From the IMG/VR virus record IMGVR_UViG_3300037484_000235, positions 188,522-252,521 of that record: a stretch of DNA of 64,000 nt; one strand, 5' to 3'. The DNA comes from a virus (Duplodnaviria; Caudoviricetes). The notes beneath the pieces were generated by a model. It saw only the letters and a program-made list of their open reading frames with translations, was not told the origin of the DNA and ran no database searches. A program made the position numbers and the translations under genes. Within the stretch, counting starts at the first letter, position 1, and the number at the start of each line of letters is the position of its first letter. Positions 1 to 9,740 of this stretch are shown one piece after another.

Positions 1-2
1 GG

Positions 3-3000
3 ACCGCAGGTGGTTCACTTGCACCTGCCAATGCCTCTAAGGACATTGAGCGTGGGCGCCCCATCTTCGCACGCATCTCCCAGGTGGGTATAGACCTCCC
101 ACTCACGTTGCTCACGCAGTCCGATTTGGGCGTGGTGGCAAATGGCTCTTTGAGCGTTCCCACAGTGGGGGCCCGCTTCACATCGGGCGCATTCAATCTG
201 AGGATCGGAACCCAGGAGTTCACCCAGGGTATCGAGCTTCTCCCAGTGGCCGCCTTCTCCCCGAGCCCCGCGAACATCGAGTACATCAACACGGGCATCA
301 ATGCTGGTGACTTGAAGTTCAGCGCTGCGCTACTTGATGAGTACCAGTCTGCAACTGTTCTCTATGTCGAGACTCTCCTTCCGGCTGCGGACCTACTCTC
401 TGGTCAGGCGGAAATCGATCCAGACTCTGGGTCCCTCTCACTCTCCCAAATCGATCTCACGGCGGGGTCTGGCAGTCCTGTCTACTTTGTGTCCCAACTT
501 TCCACAGAGGGCACCACAGACGTAACTGCAAATCCCATCCTTGGGTCGTTCACGTTCCTAGCCAATCCGATCCAAGCATCCCAGCTTGTGGAGGCGGTCT
601 ACTACAGGGCTGTCCCCAACTCCGGGGATCTGTTCCTAGATGCCGATGGGAACCCCGTCCAGATGCGGGAGTTTCTCCCTCTCTACATTCGGGCGGAAGT
701 GGCAACTCGGATTTCGAGTCAGCTCTATGCGTTCAATCCAACGGGACGCACTGTTGACCAGATCGTGGATCCTGTTGTCTACACGGGATCTAGGCAGCAG
801 ACTTATGGCGCCCCTAGTGGGTGTTCGATCGACTTCAATCGGAATACGATTTCGATCAACTCCGAAGTCTCCGAAGCCACGAACGTCACCATCTCGTACG
901 CGGTGTATGAAGCCTTTGGAGGGGAGACTTCCTATAGCGTGTCGCTGCCACCTGTGTGGCGCCCACCGTTCCGAATCGACAAGAATCAGACCCAGTTCCT
1001 TCTGGATACGAACCGGACAAGTGACCTGCTTGCGGGCAAGGTTCTGCGCGTGGGGTCATTCACCACCTATGTCCGAAGTGCTACCTACGACGTCATCAGT
1101 GACACAACTCTGGTCACAGTCTTCCCGTCTTCGGTCTACGGGGCTGGGTCGCTCAATCCAGGAGTAAATGCACTCTCTCTTCTCACTGATCGAACGGTCG
1201 CAGTTACAGTAGACCCCTTCGGTGTGCCCGTATCTGTGCCTGGGTCGGATCCAGGCTTCCTGCCAACCATGGCGCAGGCATTCACCCTGGCTTCAACCCC
1301 ACACTTTGAGACGGTCACTAAGGGTCAGGTCGAGATCAAGTTCGATGGAGATCTCACCCAGTATGCCGTTGCAGGGCATCTCCTCGAACTGTTCGGGAAG
1401 CCCTTCGCAATCGTGAAGTCCGTCTTCTCTCAGGACGGCCGGGTCACAACGGTATCCGTCAGTTCTCCCTTCCCAGAAGATTTCGTGTGGTCCTCTGGCC
1501 TGTTGGATACAGCAGCCCGAATCTCGGTACGCCCAATCTATCCAGAGGGGGCAACCCAGTTCTTGGGGGCCGGTGGGTTCCTTTCCAGTGAGCCTTACGA
1601 AGTCGTGCTCTTCGGAGAAACTGACGACTCCGGGAACACACTCCCAGGACGAACTCTCGTATCGGGTCAGGACTACAACTTCCTCGAAGGTAACGGGAGT
1701 CTGGCATTCATTCAGCCGCATCAGGCGGGGTTCGCCGCCGGTCAGAAGCTTCTTTTTGCCCGGACTGACGTACAACAGATTGGCCCCAAGATGTCTCTGG
1801 GGCACGTTCAGTACCCACGAGTTTCTTCGAGCTTCCTGTACGTGGACCCGCCTTCCGCTCAGAATGGGCGTGAGGGTGGTGTTTTGCAGGGCACGTACAC
1901 CTTTGAGAGTCCCGACGCGTTCTACGTGCGCGCGGTTCCCCTACTCACGTACGTGGGTGAGGTGTCCCTGGATATCCAGAAGGAAGCCACTGCCCAAGAC
2001 CCTGCTAAGGGCCCGACGTATTCGAGTGGTGCGAGCAAGCTCAACTCTGACTATGGGCGTATGGGGCTGGTATCCGAGAGCCAGAATCTTGTGGACCGGG
2101 ACCGGGCTGCCCGCACGTTCCTCGGCTTCTACAATGCAGTTGTCTCGTCGTTCGAACAGATCGAAGAGACGCTCAATGGGGCCTTTGTTGGTGAGCGTGA
2201 TGGTAAGCTCCGCCTCTACGTAGGCAAGGGAGACCCATGGGTTCCGCCCGGCTACGAGGATGAGATCACAGGTGCTCTGAATCCTCGTGTGCTCTGGTTC
2301 GATGCTTGGATGTCCGCCCGCCAGGGACTTCCAACGATCCGCCTCATCGCAACAGACCCCGTCACGGATCCCCTCAACACCACCACGGACGCAAACGGCC
2401 GTCCTGTCGGATCGTTCCAGGACTCGTCGGGATTCCACGCACTCACAGACTACCAGGACATTCTCATCAAGAACGATGTGGATGACGTGGTGCTTGTCAC
2501 CCGGAATAATGTCCAACGCAAGATCGCTGGATTTATCCACTTCAAGGTCACTGCCACTGGCCTGTTCTCTCAACTGAGCGAGGCCAATCCGTTCTCCCGG
2601 CTGTTCCCTGAGCGCACGTCTGGGTTCACGACCCTCGGACCTGGACTCGACGGTGACGAGACTCTCGGAAACCCGGGTGTCTACTCGGCTGGAAAGTTCG
2701 GACTGGATCCCCTCGGGTTCCTCTTCGGGTCATCCTTCTCGTCTCGATCCACGACGGGAACTGTCATCGGAACCCTGGAGAATCCGGTCCTCGGAACAAT
2801 CCAGAACATCCTGGGTGTCAAGGCCCGGGACCGTCTCGCGCGTGCTCGTATCTGGTCGTACTCTGCAACGGGATTCCCCGAAGTGGATGTGCTCTCGACG
2901 GGCCTCCCGAGCTTCATCGCAACCCCACTACCACTGGTGGACTTCCCCATCCTTTCGGACACGGGTCTTCCGGACACCTCGCAGCTTGCCTCACAGAGCA

Positions 3001-6000
3001 TCACTCCTCTGCCAACAGGGTTCAACGATCTCCTCACCGGAGACCCTGACCTGCACACCCCACCGTTTGCCTCGGGGGCTCAGCTCGCACTCGGATACCC
3101 CAAGGGCAATGCAACCGAGCTTGGATATGCAGACCCCACAACCATCATTCCCGTGGGTGCGTCGTTCCGGTACGCTGGCGTCTTCGTAGACCAAATCCTC
3201 AAGGGGTGTGTCATCACCCTCAAGAGCAAGAACACTGCGGGGGCGGACGTGCCTGTCACGGATCCTACCCTGCTATTGGCGTTGACCGGGGCCATGTCGG
3301 GAGACCCCGTCAACCCAGAACGTGGCGACACTCTGTTTGTGGTCCCAGGAACAGGCAGCGTACTTCCTGTCACCGCCGATCCACCAACGATTGCACAACT
3401 TCAATCGTTCACAGCGGCACTTCCAGGGTACCGCACAGGCACGGACTTCAACTACACGCCACGTACCGGTGAGATCACCGACGCAACACTCCCCTCGTTC
3501 TCAGACCCCACGATCTTCGGTCTGAAGGAAATCACGGGTCAGAGGCCACCATCCCCGCTCTCTACAATCGAAGCCCAAATCTCATTTCAGAATGGGTCTC
3601 GGTTGCCTACTAGGATCCCCGCACTGGATGGTGACAAGACCCTGGACTCAGGGGACTACTCACTTCCATACTACGGGTCGACCTTGAACGAGTTGGAACT
3701 GTTGGGTGAAACTGCCACCCTGATTACAGGGTTCATTCGAGCGGACAGCCCAGACCCGGCCCCCGTCGCCGTCCCTCAGGTTCTTCCCTATACGACAGAG
3801 GCCGTTTTCCCAGATGAGACACTGGGAGACGCAGGTGTAGTCTCCACCAACTCTGCTCTTTTGGCGACTCTCTCCACCTTCGAAGACCTCAGCAGGAAGA
3901 CAACTTCTGGTGCTTACCCACCACCTCCGGGACACGCTGGGGTAGGGGATGTGGAGCCCTACGATCTTGTACTGGTTCAGGCGCCCAACACAGCGACCCC
4001 GGGCCCTGCTGGATTCCCTGCGGGAGCTACTGGCATCCACTCTATCGCTGATATTTCTCTTGGAGCCCCAAATCAGGTTGATCTACCTCGATTCACGACG
4101 GCTGTTTCCGAGGGAACCAGTCTGAATTATGACATTGGAAACGCCATCGCGTGGGTGGACTTCCCAGCTTATGCCTCTGGGGTTGTCGTCAAGGAAGACA
4201 CCAATCTAGTCCCCACCGAAACGACATTTGATATTGTCTCGGTGGGTGCTGCCAACATCGTCCTCGATGATGGGCTGGGTGGCGGACTACTCCCTATCCC
4301 CGTTGGTGGTTTGAACGATGTGTTCACCCTCAACGGAAAGGGGAGCCAACTTATCATCAAGCTAATTAACAAGGCAACGGGGCAATTCGTTCCTGGAAGT
4401 ATCGTGACCGTCGAGAAGGATGCTTCTGGACCAAATATCCTTGCTTGTACCTTCCTTGTCTCTGGGGATGGTACCGCTCCTACTATCCCAGTGGCGGCGG
4501 GTGGTTTCTACTTCCTGCCGGACAAGATTGTCATCAAGACCACAGCCCCCGATGTGTTCTTTGATTTTGTCCCTTTTGATCCTGTCGCTGTACCTCCGCC
4601 AGGGACTCAGTTGACCGATGGGTTCCATGACTTCGCCCTTAGCGTTCATTGTCTGGGTTCCAGTACTGGATCTGTTGGACGTGACCGATTGACTTTCAAC
4701 GATCACATTGATTTTAGGTCGGCTTTGCCCCGTGGATTCACCCACCCTGCGAACATCGCAGGGTCACTCATGGAATGCCAACTATCCACCTTCCGATTTG
4801 AGTCTACTGTCTACAACACAGTTACGGCGCTCATGACGACGCGGGCCAACTTCGCAAATGACATCCTTGCCATCAACGCTGGTGTGGCCTTCACGTTCCC
4901 CGCCCGGTCGTGGATTACACCCTCCGTCAACGGGGTGGGTACATTTGCGTTGGGTCTGGGTTCTCTTCGAGCGCTAGGATTCGAGGGGCAGGGAAACGTG
5001 CCTATCGAGGCTACGGGGATCACGTTCACTGCTATCCCATCCTCTCGTCAGGACGACCTTGGTCCGATCTACAACAGCTTGATGGTTGTTGGAGAGGACT
5101 TGGGAGCTGGGGCCCCGTTCCGATTCACCAACGAAAACGGATTCCTCCCACTCGTCACCTACGAGGGTGATTTGAGCCAAATCCAATCGGGAGATATTGC
5201 GGTCGTCAAGGGCTTCGTGGATCCCACCCTCTTCCCAATGGTTTTGGATGGAAGCGGAAAGGTCGGAACCTACCTCATCCGTGCAGCGGTTGCACCCACA
5301 GTTTCGACGCCTGGCCACCAGCTCGATTTGACCATGACCCTGGGATCCACCGGGGACTGGATGGACTTCACCTTCCCACAGGTGGTCAACTTCGACCCGC
5401 TCGGACCAGACCTCACAGTCACATCGCTTCTCCCGCTGCAACCCCTCCAGGATGTGACGGGCGGTATCATCCCCGCAAGCGCCGCGTTCCCAGCGGCCGG
5501 GCGTGTATACGTGATCTTGGACGCAACCGCTGTGGGGCTTGCGTCCAGTGCGGTCTCTGCGGCATATGCCTCTCTGAATCTCGGGGGCAACACCTTCGTC
5601 AATCTCTCTGGATACCAAGATGGTGTCGGGGCTGCGATCACACTTGCTCAGTTCCAGACAGCAGTTACAGCGGGCTTGTTTGTCTCGGGCATGACGGTTG
5701 TGCCCGTATCCCCATATAATGATGATGTGCCGGTGAACTTGCCCGGGTACACATTCTGGCCAATACCCGTTCCGGGAACCGAGCACTACTTTGGGTTCCG
5801 CACGGTCACCGCGACTCGGACTGGATCCGTTACCTATGATGCAGCTGCCCTCAATCTTGTGGGCGTAGCACCGGCTCCCGGCCAGATCTCAGCCTACTCG
5901 AAGGTAAAAGTGCCCTCCACTTCGTTCATACAGTTGAACGAGCCCGTCTACGACAACATCCCAGGTGCAATGGATCTGACAGAGTTCAACTGGGCAGGCA

Positions 6001-7850
6001 TTCATGGCGCGGGCCCCGCGTGCATGCTGCCCGGGGACATTTGGGATCTTGAGTACCACGCACGGCACGGAATATTTATCGAGCCCTCGTTCCCGGTATC
6101 GGGCAACGACCTTGGCCGTGTAACTGCAAATGTCGTGGATGCGACGCACACTTTAACAGCCCCTGAAGTGGGTTCCCGAGACGCCGCAATCTACCTCCTC
6201 GGGGGCCCCCCTGGCGGTTCGTACTTGGAGTGGGCACAAGTCGAAGTGCGTCGTATCCGCCGGTTTCACCCACTGCTCAATGAGCTGGTGAGCGCGTTCC
6301 TGAGACTCCGGTTCGTTTACGAGATTCGTCGGGGCATTGTCCAGACGTTTACCCTGTTTGGTAACACGGGGGTTTTGGTCGCCGAGCCTGTAGACACCCA
6401 GCTCGTCCCTTCTCCCCTGGTTGGGGGCACTGCAACACAAATGGGAGACTTCACGGATACCGATATGGGTATTCGGTCTGGGGATCAGGTCCGGTTCCTC
6501 GATTCTCTTGGGCGGGTGGTTTCTGAAGCGGATATCTTGGTTGTCGAGACGGACGGTAAGACACTCACTCTCTCGAAGAACGCACTCACTCTAGTCTCTC
6601 CGGGAACTAGATTTGAAGTGTACCTGCGAACGGCGCCTATTCCCCATGAGCAGTCTTGCGCAGAACTCCTCGAACTCGCGACCGATCGTGTGCTCCTTGA
6701 CCGGAAGGCAGACCTGGTCACGCAAGACGGTGGCAAGGTTGACTACATCGCAGACGCAAATCAGCAGACCGCCTACGACCAATCGATCAACGTCCTATCG
6801 GACACTGACGGGGGCATCGACTTCACCTCCCTTGGGATCTTGCCGGGAGACATACTGGTCATCGACCCAGAGGGGGCTTTGCGCGGCCCCACAGGCTCGC
6901 CTGTGCCCCCCGAGAAGGGTTCCCGACCGTTTGGGGATGATGGCGTGCTTCCTCGCGGAGGGCCCGTCTACGTGCCAGGAAGCCCGTCCCGTACGGACGA
7001 CAACCGTGGCTACTACAAGGTGGCGAGCGTGTCCCCGACTGAGATCGGGGTTGTGCCCCTTGGTGGGACACTTGCTGGAAATCGCGGGACCCCGGACGTG
7101 ATTTTTGATTCCGCCTACGCGGTATACCCTACGGTGCACGGTTCCAATCTCTCGGGGGCTGGGGATGGCATCGAGGGACAGATGGATCTGCGGCCTACGG
7201 CGTTTGCGGACGTGTCCAACTCGTTCCAAAGTGATTGGCTCTCGGTTGCCCCGTTCTCTTACAAGGTGATCCGCCCTAGCTTGTTCCTTACGGAAGAGAC
7301 AGTAGAGCTGATCCTATCTACCCGTGAGCGAATGCTGTCCTGGATTGAGGAACTACAGGGGCTCTTTGAAGCTAACAAGAGCGGAACGTACTTCGAGTTC
7401 CAGCGTGATGAGCACATCTCGGATCTTGGAGATCCTTCGGATCCAGCCGATGGCCTGGGTGTTCTGTTTGATGCGTACATCGCGGGTCTTGAGGGCCGTG
7501 TGCTCGTCAGCCCGTTCGCGAACACCTCGGATTGCCTGTCGGTTTTGGATCGTCGGTTCTGGGGCTTGGACTTCAGGCTCGATTACCTTCAGCCGCCGTT
7601 TGCTCCGCTCGACCCCCCATACAGCGACTTCGTGAATGGCGTCGGTCGCCCCGTGCTTCCAGACCGCATCGAAGAGGCTCTTCAACAGAGGGACCAACTT
7701 CGGGATTCCCGCTGGGCTTGGCTCTGCAACAGAGTGGACCGCGTGACCGGCACACTCGAAGCTATCCGGCGTTTTGAGCGGGAGATCCCTCGTCGCCGTG
7801 CTGAGCAAGAACGACTCCTTACGATGGTCAAGGGAACCAAGACGCCATGA
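3..7850 (+). CDS. Giant virion structural protein, probably baseplate or wedge-associated (>=2615 aa, 5' truncated by window edge)
   Basis: The frame of ORF 84..7850 is open back to position 3. It is beta-rich and Gly/Pro/Thr-rich, ends in a coiled coil (RDQLRDSRWAWL...RRRAEQERLL) and lies in a structural gene context. No enzyme motif seen. Confidence 0.7.
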   Translation, partial: TAGGSLAPANASKDIERGRPIFARISQVGIDLPLTLLTQSDLGVVANGSLSVPTVGARFTSGAFNLRIGTQEFTQGIELLPVAAFSPSPANIEYINTGINAGDLKFSAALLDEYQSATVLYVETLLPAADLLSGQAEIDPDSGSLSLSQIDLTAGSGSPVYFVSQLSTEGTTDVTANPILGSFTFLANPIQASQLVEAVYYRAVPNSGDLFLDADGNPVQMREFLPLYIRAEVATRISSQLYAFNPTGRTVDQIVDPVVYTGSRQQTYGAPSGCSIDFNRNTISINSEVSEATNVTISYAVYEAFGGETSYSVSLPPVWRPPFRIDKNQTQFLLDTNRTSDLLAGKVLRVGSFTTYVRSATYDVISDTTLVTVFPSSVYGAGSLNPGVNALSLLTDRTVAVTVDPFGVPVSVPGSDPGFLPTMAQAFTLASTPHFETVTKGQVEIKFDGDLTQYAVAGHLLELFGKPFAIVKSVFSQDGRVTTVSVSSPFPEDFVWSSGLLDTAARISVRPIYPEGATQFLGAGGFLSSEPYEVVLFGETDDSGNTLPGRTLVSGQDYNFLEGNGSLAFIQPHQAGFAAGQKLLFARTDVQQIGPKMSLGHVQYPRVSSSFLYVDPPSAQNGREGGVLQGTYTFESPDAFYVRAVPLLTYVGEVSLDIQKEATAQDPAKGPTYSSGASKLNSDYGRMGLVSESQNLVDRDRAARTFLGFYNAVVSSFEQIEETLNGAFVGERDGKLRLYVGKGDPWVPPGYEDEITGALNPRVLWFDAWMSARQGLPTIRLIATDPVTDPLNTTTDANGRPVGSFQDSSGFHALTDYQDILIKNDVDDVVLVTRNNVQRKIAGFIHFKVTATGLFSQLSEANPFSRLFPERTSGFTTLGPGLDGDETLGNPGVYSAGKFGLDPLGFLFGSSFSSRSTTGTVIGTLENPVLGTIQNILGVKARDRLARARIWSYSATGFPEVDVLSTGLPSFIATPLPLVDFPILSDTGLPDTSQLASQSITPLPTGFNDLLTGDPDLHTPPFASGAQLALGYPKGNATELGYADPTTIIPVGASFRYAGVFVDQILKGCVITLKSKNTAGADVPVTDPTLLLALTGAMSGDPVNPERGDTLFVVPGTGSVLPVTADPPTIAQLQSFTAALPGYRTGTDFNYTPRTGEITDATLPSFSDPTIFGLKEITGQRPPSPLSTIEAQISFQNGSRLPTRIPALDGDKTLDSGDYSLPYYGSTLNELELLGETATLITGFIRADSPDPAPVAVPQVLPYTTEAVFPDETLGDAGVVSTNSALLATLSTFEDLSRKTTSGAYPPPPGHAGVGDVEPYDLVLVQAPNTATPGPAGFPAGATGIHSIADISLGAPNQVDLPRFTTAVSEGTSLNYDIGNAIAWVDFPAYASGVVVKEDTNLVPTETTFDIVSVGAANIVLDDGLGGGLLPIPVGGLNDVFTLNGKGSQLIIKLINKATGQFVPGSIVTVEKDASGPNILACTFLVSGDGTAPTIPVAAGGFYFLPDKIVIKTTAPDVFFDFVPFDPVAVPPPGTQLTDGFHDFALSVHCLGSSTGSVGRDRLTFNDHIDFRSALPRGFTHPANIAGSLMECQLSTFRFESTVYNTVTALMTTRANFANDILAINAGVAFTFPARSWITPSVNGVGTFALGLGSLRALGFEGQGNVPIEATGITFTAIPSSRQDDLGPIYNSLMVVGEDLGAGAPFRFTNENGFLPLVTYEGDLSQIQSGDIAVVKGFVDPTLFPMVLDGSGKVGTYLIRAAVAPTVSTPGHQLDLTMTLGSTGDWMDFTFPQVVNFDPLGPDLTVTSLLPLQPLQDVTGGIIPASAAFPAAGRVYVILDATAVGLASSAVSAAYASLNLGGNTFVNLSGYQDGVGAAITLAQFQTAVTAGLFVSGMTVVPVSPYNDDVPVNLPGYTFWPIPVPGTEHYFGFRTVTATRTGSVTYDAAALNLVGVAPAPGQISAYSKVKVPSTSFIQLNEPVYDNIPGAMDLTEFNWAGIHGAGPACMLPGDIWDLEYHARHGIFIEPSFPVSGNDLGRVTANVVDATHTLTAPEVGSRDAAIYLLGGPPGGSYLEWAQVEVRRIRRFHPLLNELVSAFLRLRFVYEIRRGIVQTFTLFGNTGVLVAEPVDTQLVPSPLVGGTATQMGDFTDTDMGIRSGDQVRFLDSLGRVVSEADILVVETDGKTLTLSKNALTLVSPGTRFEVYLRTAPIPHEQSCAELLELATDRVLLDRKADLVTQDGGKVDYIADANQQTAYDQSINVLSDTDGGIDFTSLGILPGDILVIDPEGALRGPTGSPVPPEKGSRPFGDDGVLPRGGPVYVPGSPSRTDDNRGYYKVASVSPTEIGVVPLGGTLAGNRGTPDVIFDSAYAVYPTVHGSNLSGAGDGIEGQMDLRPTAFADVSNSFQSDWLSVAPFSYKVIRPSLFLTEETVELILSTRERMLSWIEELQGLFEANKSGTYFEFQRDEHISDLGDPSDPADGLGVLFDAYIAGLEGRVLVSPFANTSDCLSVLDRRFWGLDFRLDYLQPPFAPLDPPYSDFVNGVGRPVLPDRIEEALQQRDQLRDSRWAWLCNRVDRVTGTLEAIRRFEREIPRRRAEQERLLTMVKGTKTP

Positions 7851-8080
7851 GTCCTGAAGAACTACGGCAAAAAATTGCCGCCTTGGGAATCGACGCAGAC
7901 AACCCATCGTGGGGGAAGTCGGCGCCCACGGATCTTGGGAGGCTCCCAATCATCCAGAAGCAGCGGGACGCTCTTGCCAAGGTCAGAGATCTTCTTGCAG
8001 CCCAAGTACAAGGGGATGAGGCACAGATCCAAGCCTTGCGTGAGCAGCTGGCTAGACTTCACCGTGGCGGTGGGCAATAG
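7847..8080 (+). CDS. Small coiled-coil hypothetical protein (77 aa)
   Basis: ATGA overlap with the upstream stop; heptad-like QRDALAKVRDLLAAQVQGDEAQIQALREQLARL. Confidence 0.75.
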   Translation: MSPEELRQKIAALGIDADNPSWGKSAPTDLGRLPIIQKQRDALAKVRDLLAAQVQGDEAQIQALREQLARLHRGGGQ

Positions 8081-8267
8081 ACGCTTCGCCATACAGGATG
8101 AAGACTTTCGAGCCGTCTCCTAGATAGGCCCCTTCCGTCGCTTCAGCGATAAGGATGTGGTGATGTTTGGGAGGAAAAACACCCCCCGGACGTCCTTCAT
8201 GGAAGTGCACCTCAACAGATCCACCTACGCCGCGAAGAGCTTTACGGAGTTCTTTTACTGTGATCAT
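8052..8267 (-). CDS. Hypothetical protein (71 aa, MITVKELRKAL...)
   Basis: ATG at 8267 overlaps the stop of the DHH gene, so it is the last gene of a coupled - strand operon. Confidence 0.6.
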   Translation of the reverse strand: MITVKELRKALRGVGGSVEVHFHEGRPGGVFPPKHHHILIAEATEGAYLGDGSKVFILYGEASIAHRHGEV

Positions 8268-9106
8268 CAATCCCCCATGTGAAGATCCCAAGGAGGGTGT
8301 TCACTGCTGAATCCAGATGCATTCTTGTGGCCACCACCACCGAATCTCTTTGCAATTGTTGATACGTCGAAGTCTCCGTTTGAACGCATTGAGTACCTGA
8401 AGGTGCCATCACTCACCTGATTCCAGGCCACCGCAAAATAGTTCTTTGATGCCAGCTGGTTTACCAGGTCACTGATGATATTGCCACCAGCATTGACCAC
8501 AGGCACGTCGGGGTACCCTGCGAACTTGCTGAGTACGGCATTGCGTTTGTAGTTGGCGATATCGATAGCTTTACTGCGCTCTATGGCCTCACCCGCACGG
8601 ATGAGTATGTCGCGACTGTTTTCGCACGTGTTGACTAGCATTTGCCACAGCTCAAAATCCCCGTGAGCGTAGCTTGACAGCACCGCACTCACTGCATGTG
8701 AGTCTGGCAATGCCCACCGCCAGAGGTCCCTATCTTCGACATAGTTCACGAGTGTTGGACGTGGCTTTTCCGAGTGAAAATAGTCCCATGCCATACCTGC
8801 ACCACTTCGATGTTGATCGAAGTGGCAATAGTCGAGTTGGGCACAGGTCTCTTCCGCCGACTTGTGGTGATCGAGAACCACACACGACTTGGCGAGACTG
8901 GTGTAGGAGAGAAGTTCTGGTAGCTGCGGGCAATAGTCGAGGATGTAGACTTCACGCCCAGCCACGTCGAATACCTCACCTGATTGGTAGGTCGCTGGAA
9001 GGTATTCTGCGGAGTCGCCAAACTTGCGCCAGGCACACCACGCAGCGGTCCAGCCGTCGGTGCAGTTGGAGTGATAAAGGACGAGGATGCCCTTACGATC
9101 AGTCAC
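8267..9106 (-). CDS. DHH/DHHA1 family phosphoesterase (nanoRNase NrnA/NrnB-like)
   Basis: Motifs YHSNCTDG, YILDY, VVLDHH, DRDLW and the C-terminal DHHA1 signature GGGHKNASGF. Confidence 0.9.
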   Translation of the reverse strand: MTDRKGILVLYHSNCTDGWTAAWCAWRKFGDSAEYLPATYQSGEVFDVAGREVYILDYCPQLPELLSYTSLAKSCVVLDHHKSAEETCAQLDYCHFDQHRSGAGMAWDYFHSEKPRPTLVNYVEDRDLWRWALPDSHAVSAVLSSYAHGDFELWQMLVNTCENSRDILIRAGEAIERSKAIDIANYKRNAVLSKFAGYPDVPVVNAGGNIISDLVNQLASKNYFAVAWNQVSDGTFRYSMRSNGDFDVSTIAKRFGGGGHKNASGFSSEHPPWDLHMGD

Positions 9107-9447
9107 TTGCTGTCGCTAATCATGAGCAGAAGAAGTGTGGAGAGTGAAGAATGCTCATCTTGAGTGGCTACATTGATACGGCTCTGCATTCGAGCGGAGA
9201 GAAACCTGCTCAGCTTCTCTTTGCATTTGGCATCCATCTCAGGGGAGAACTCCATGAAGTCGTCGTCGTCCGTCTTCATGAGCATGATTTCTACGGCAGG
9301 GTCACCTGGGCCCCCATCCCCCTCGTAACTCAGGGAAAGAGCCATCCCTACTGGGTGAAGGACTAGCTTGTTGATTGCGTATAGAAGACCATCATCCAGT
9401 AGGATCTTCTCTGCTTTTTCGAGTGAGACAGGGACGAGTTTGCTCAT
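9103..9447 (-). CDS. Hypothetical phage protein (114 aa)
   Basis: Its stop overlaps the GTG start of the DHH gene (GTGA). It carries a GLLYAINKLVLHPVGMAL segment of a kind seen in small phage proteins. Confidence 0.75.
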   Translation of the reverse strand: MSKLVPVSLEKAEKILLDDGLLYAINKLVLHPVGMALSLSYEGDGGPGDPAVEIMLMKTDDDDFMEFSPEMDAKCKEKLSRFLSARMQSRINVATQDEHSSLSTLLLLMISDSK

Positions 9448-9614
9448 GCTTCAACCATACACTCACTGCGATCCTTGCAGATGACACCAATCAGAACTTC
9501 TCTGTCGAGACTGGCTTGATTAGGATTCCTCTGACGAGAAGGATTTGCGAGAATAGCTGCGAGCAGTTCTCTGCCTTTGGGTGTGATTTTCGTTCTGGGA
9601 TTCCAGATTTCCAT
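9444..9614 (-). CDS. Small ORF absent from the supplied track (56 aa, MEIWNPRTKITPKGRELLAAILANP...MVEA)
   Basis: Hand-translated. Its TGA overlaps the ATG of the 9447 gene (ATGA), and AAAGG lies upstream of its ATG. Confidence 0.65.
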   Translation of the reverse strand: MEIWNPRTKITPKGRELLAAILANPSRQRNPNQASLDREVLIGVICKDRSECMVEA

Positions 9615-9740
9615 AGGGTGTATTACGCCTTTTCAGGGTGCTGCGTAGAGCAGATTCCGCGCCAACGATGGGGCTGCCCATACTGACGCGCCTCAAAAGT
9701 GCGTCTGTGGCGGTAGAGTCCCTTTGATTCACGGGGTACA

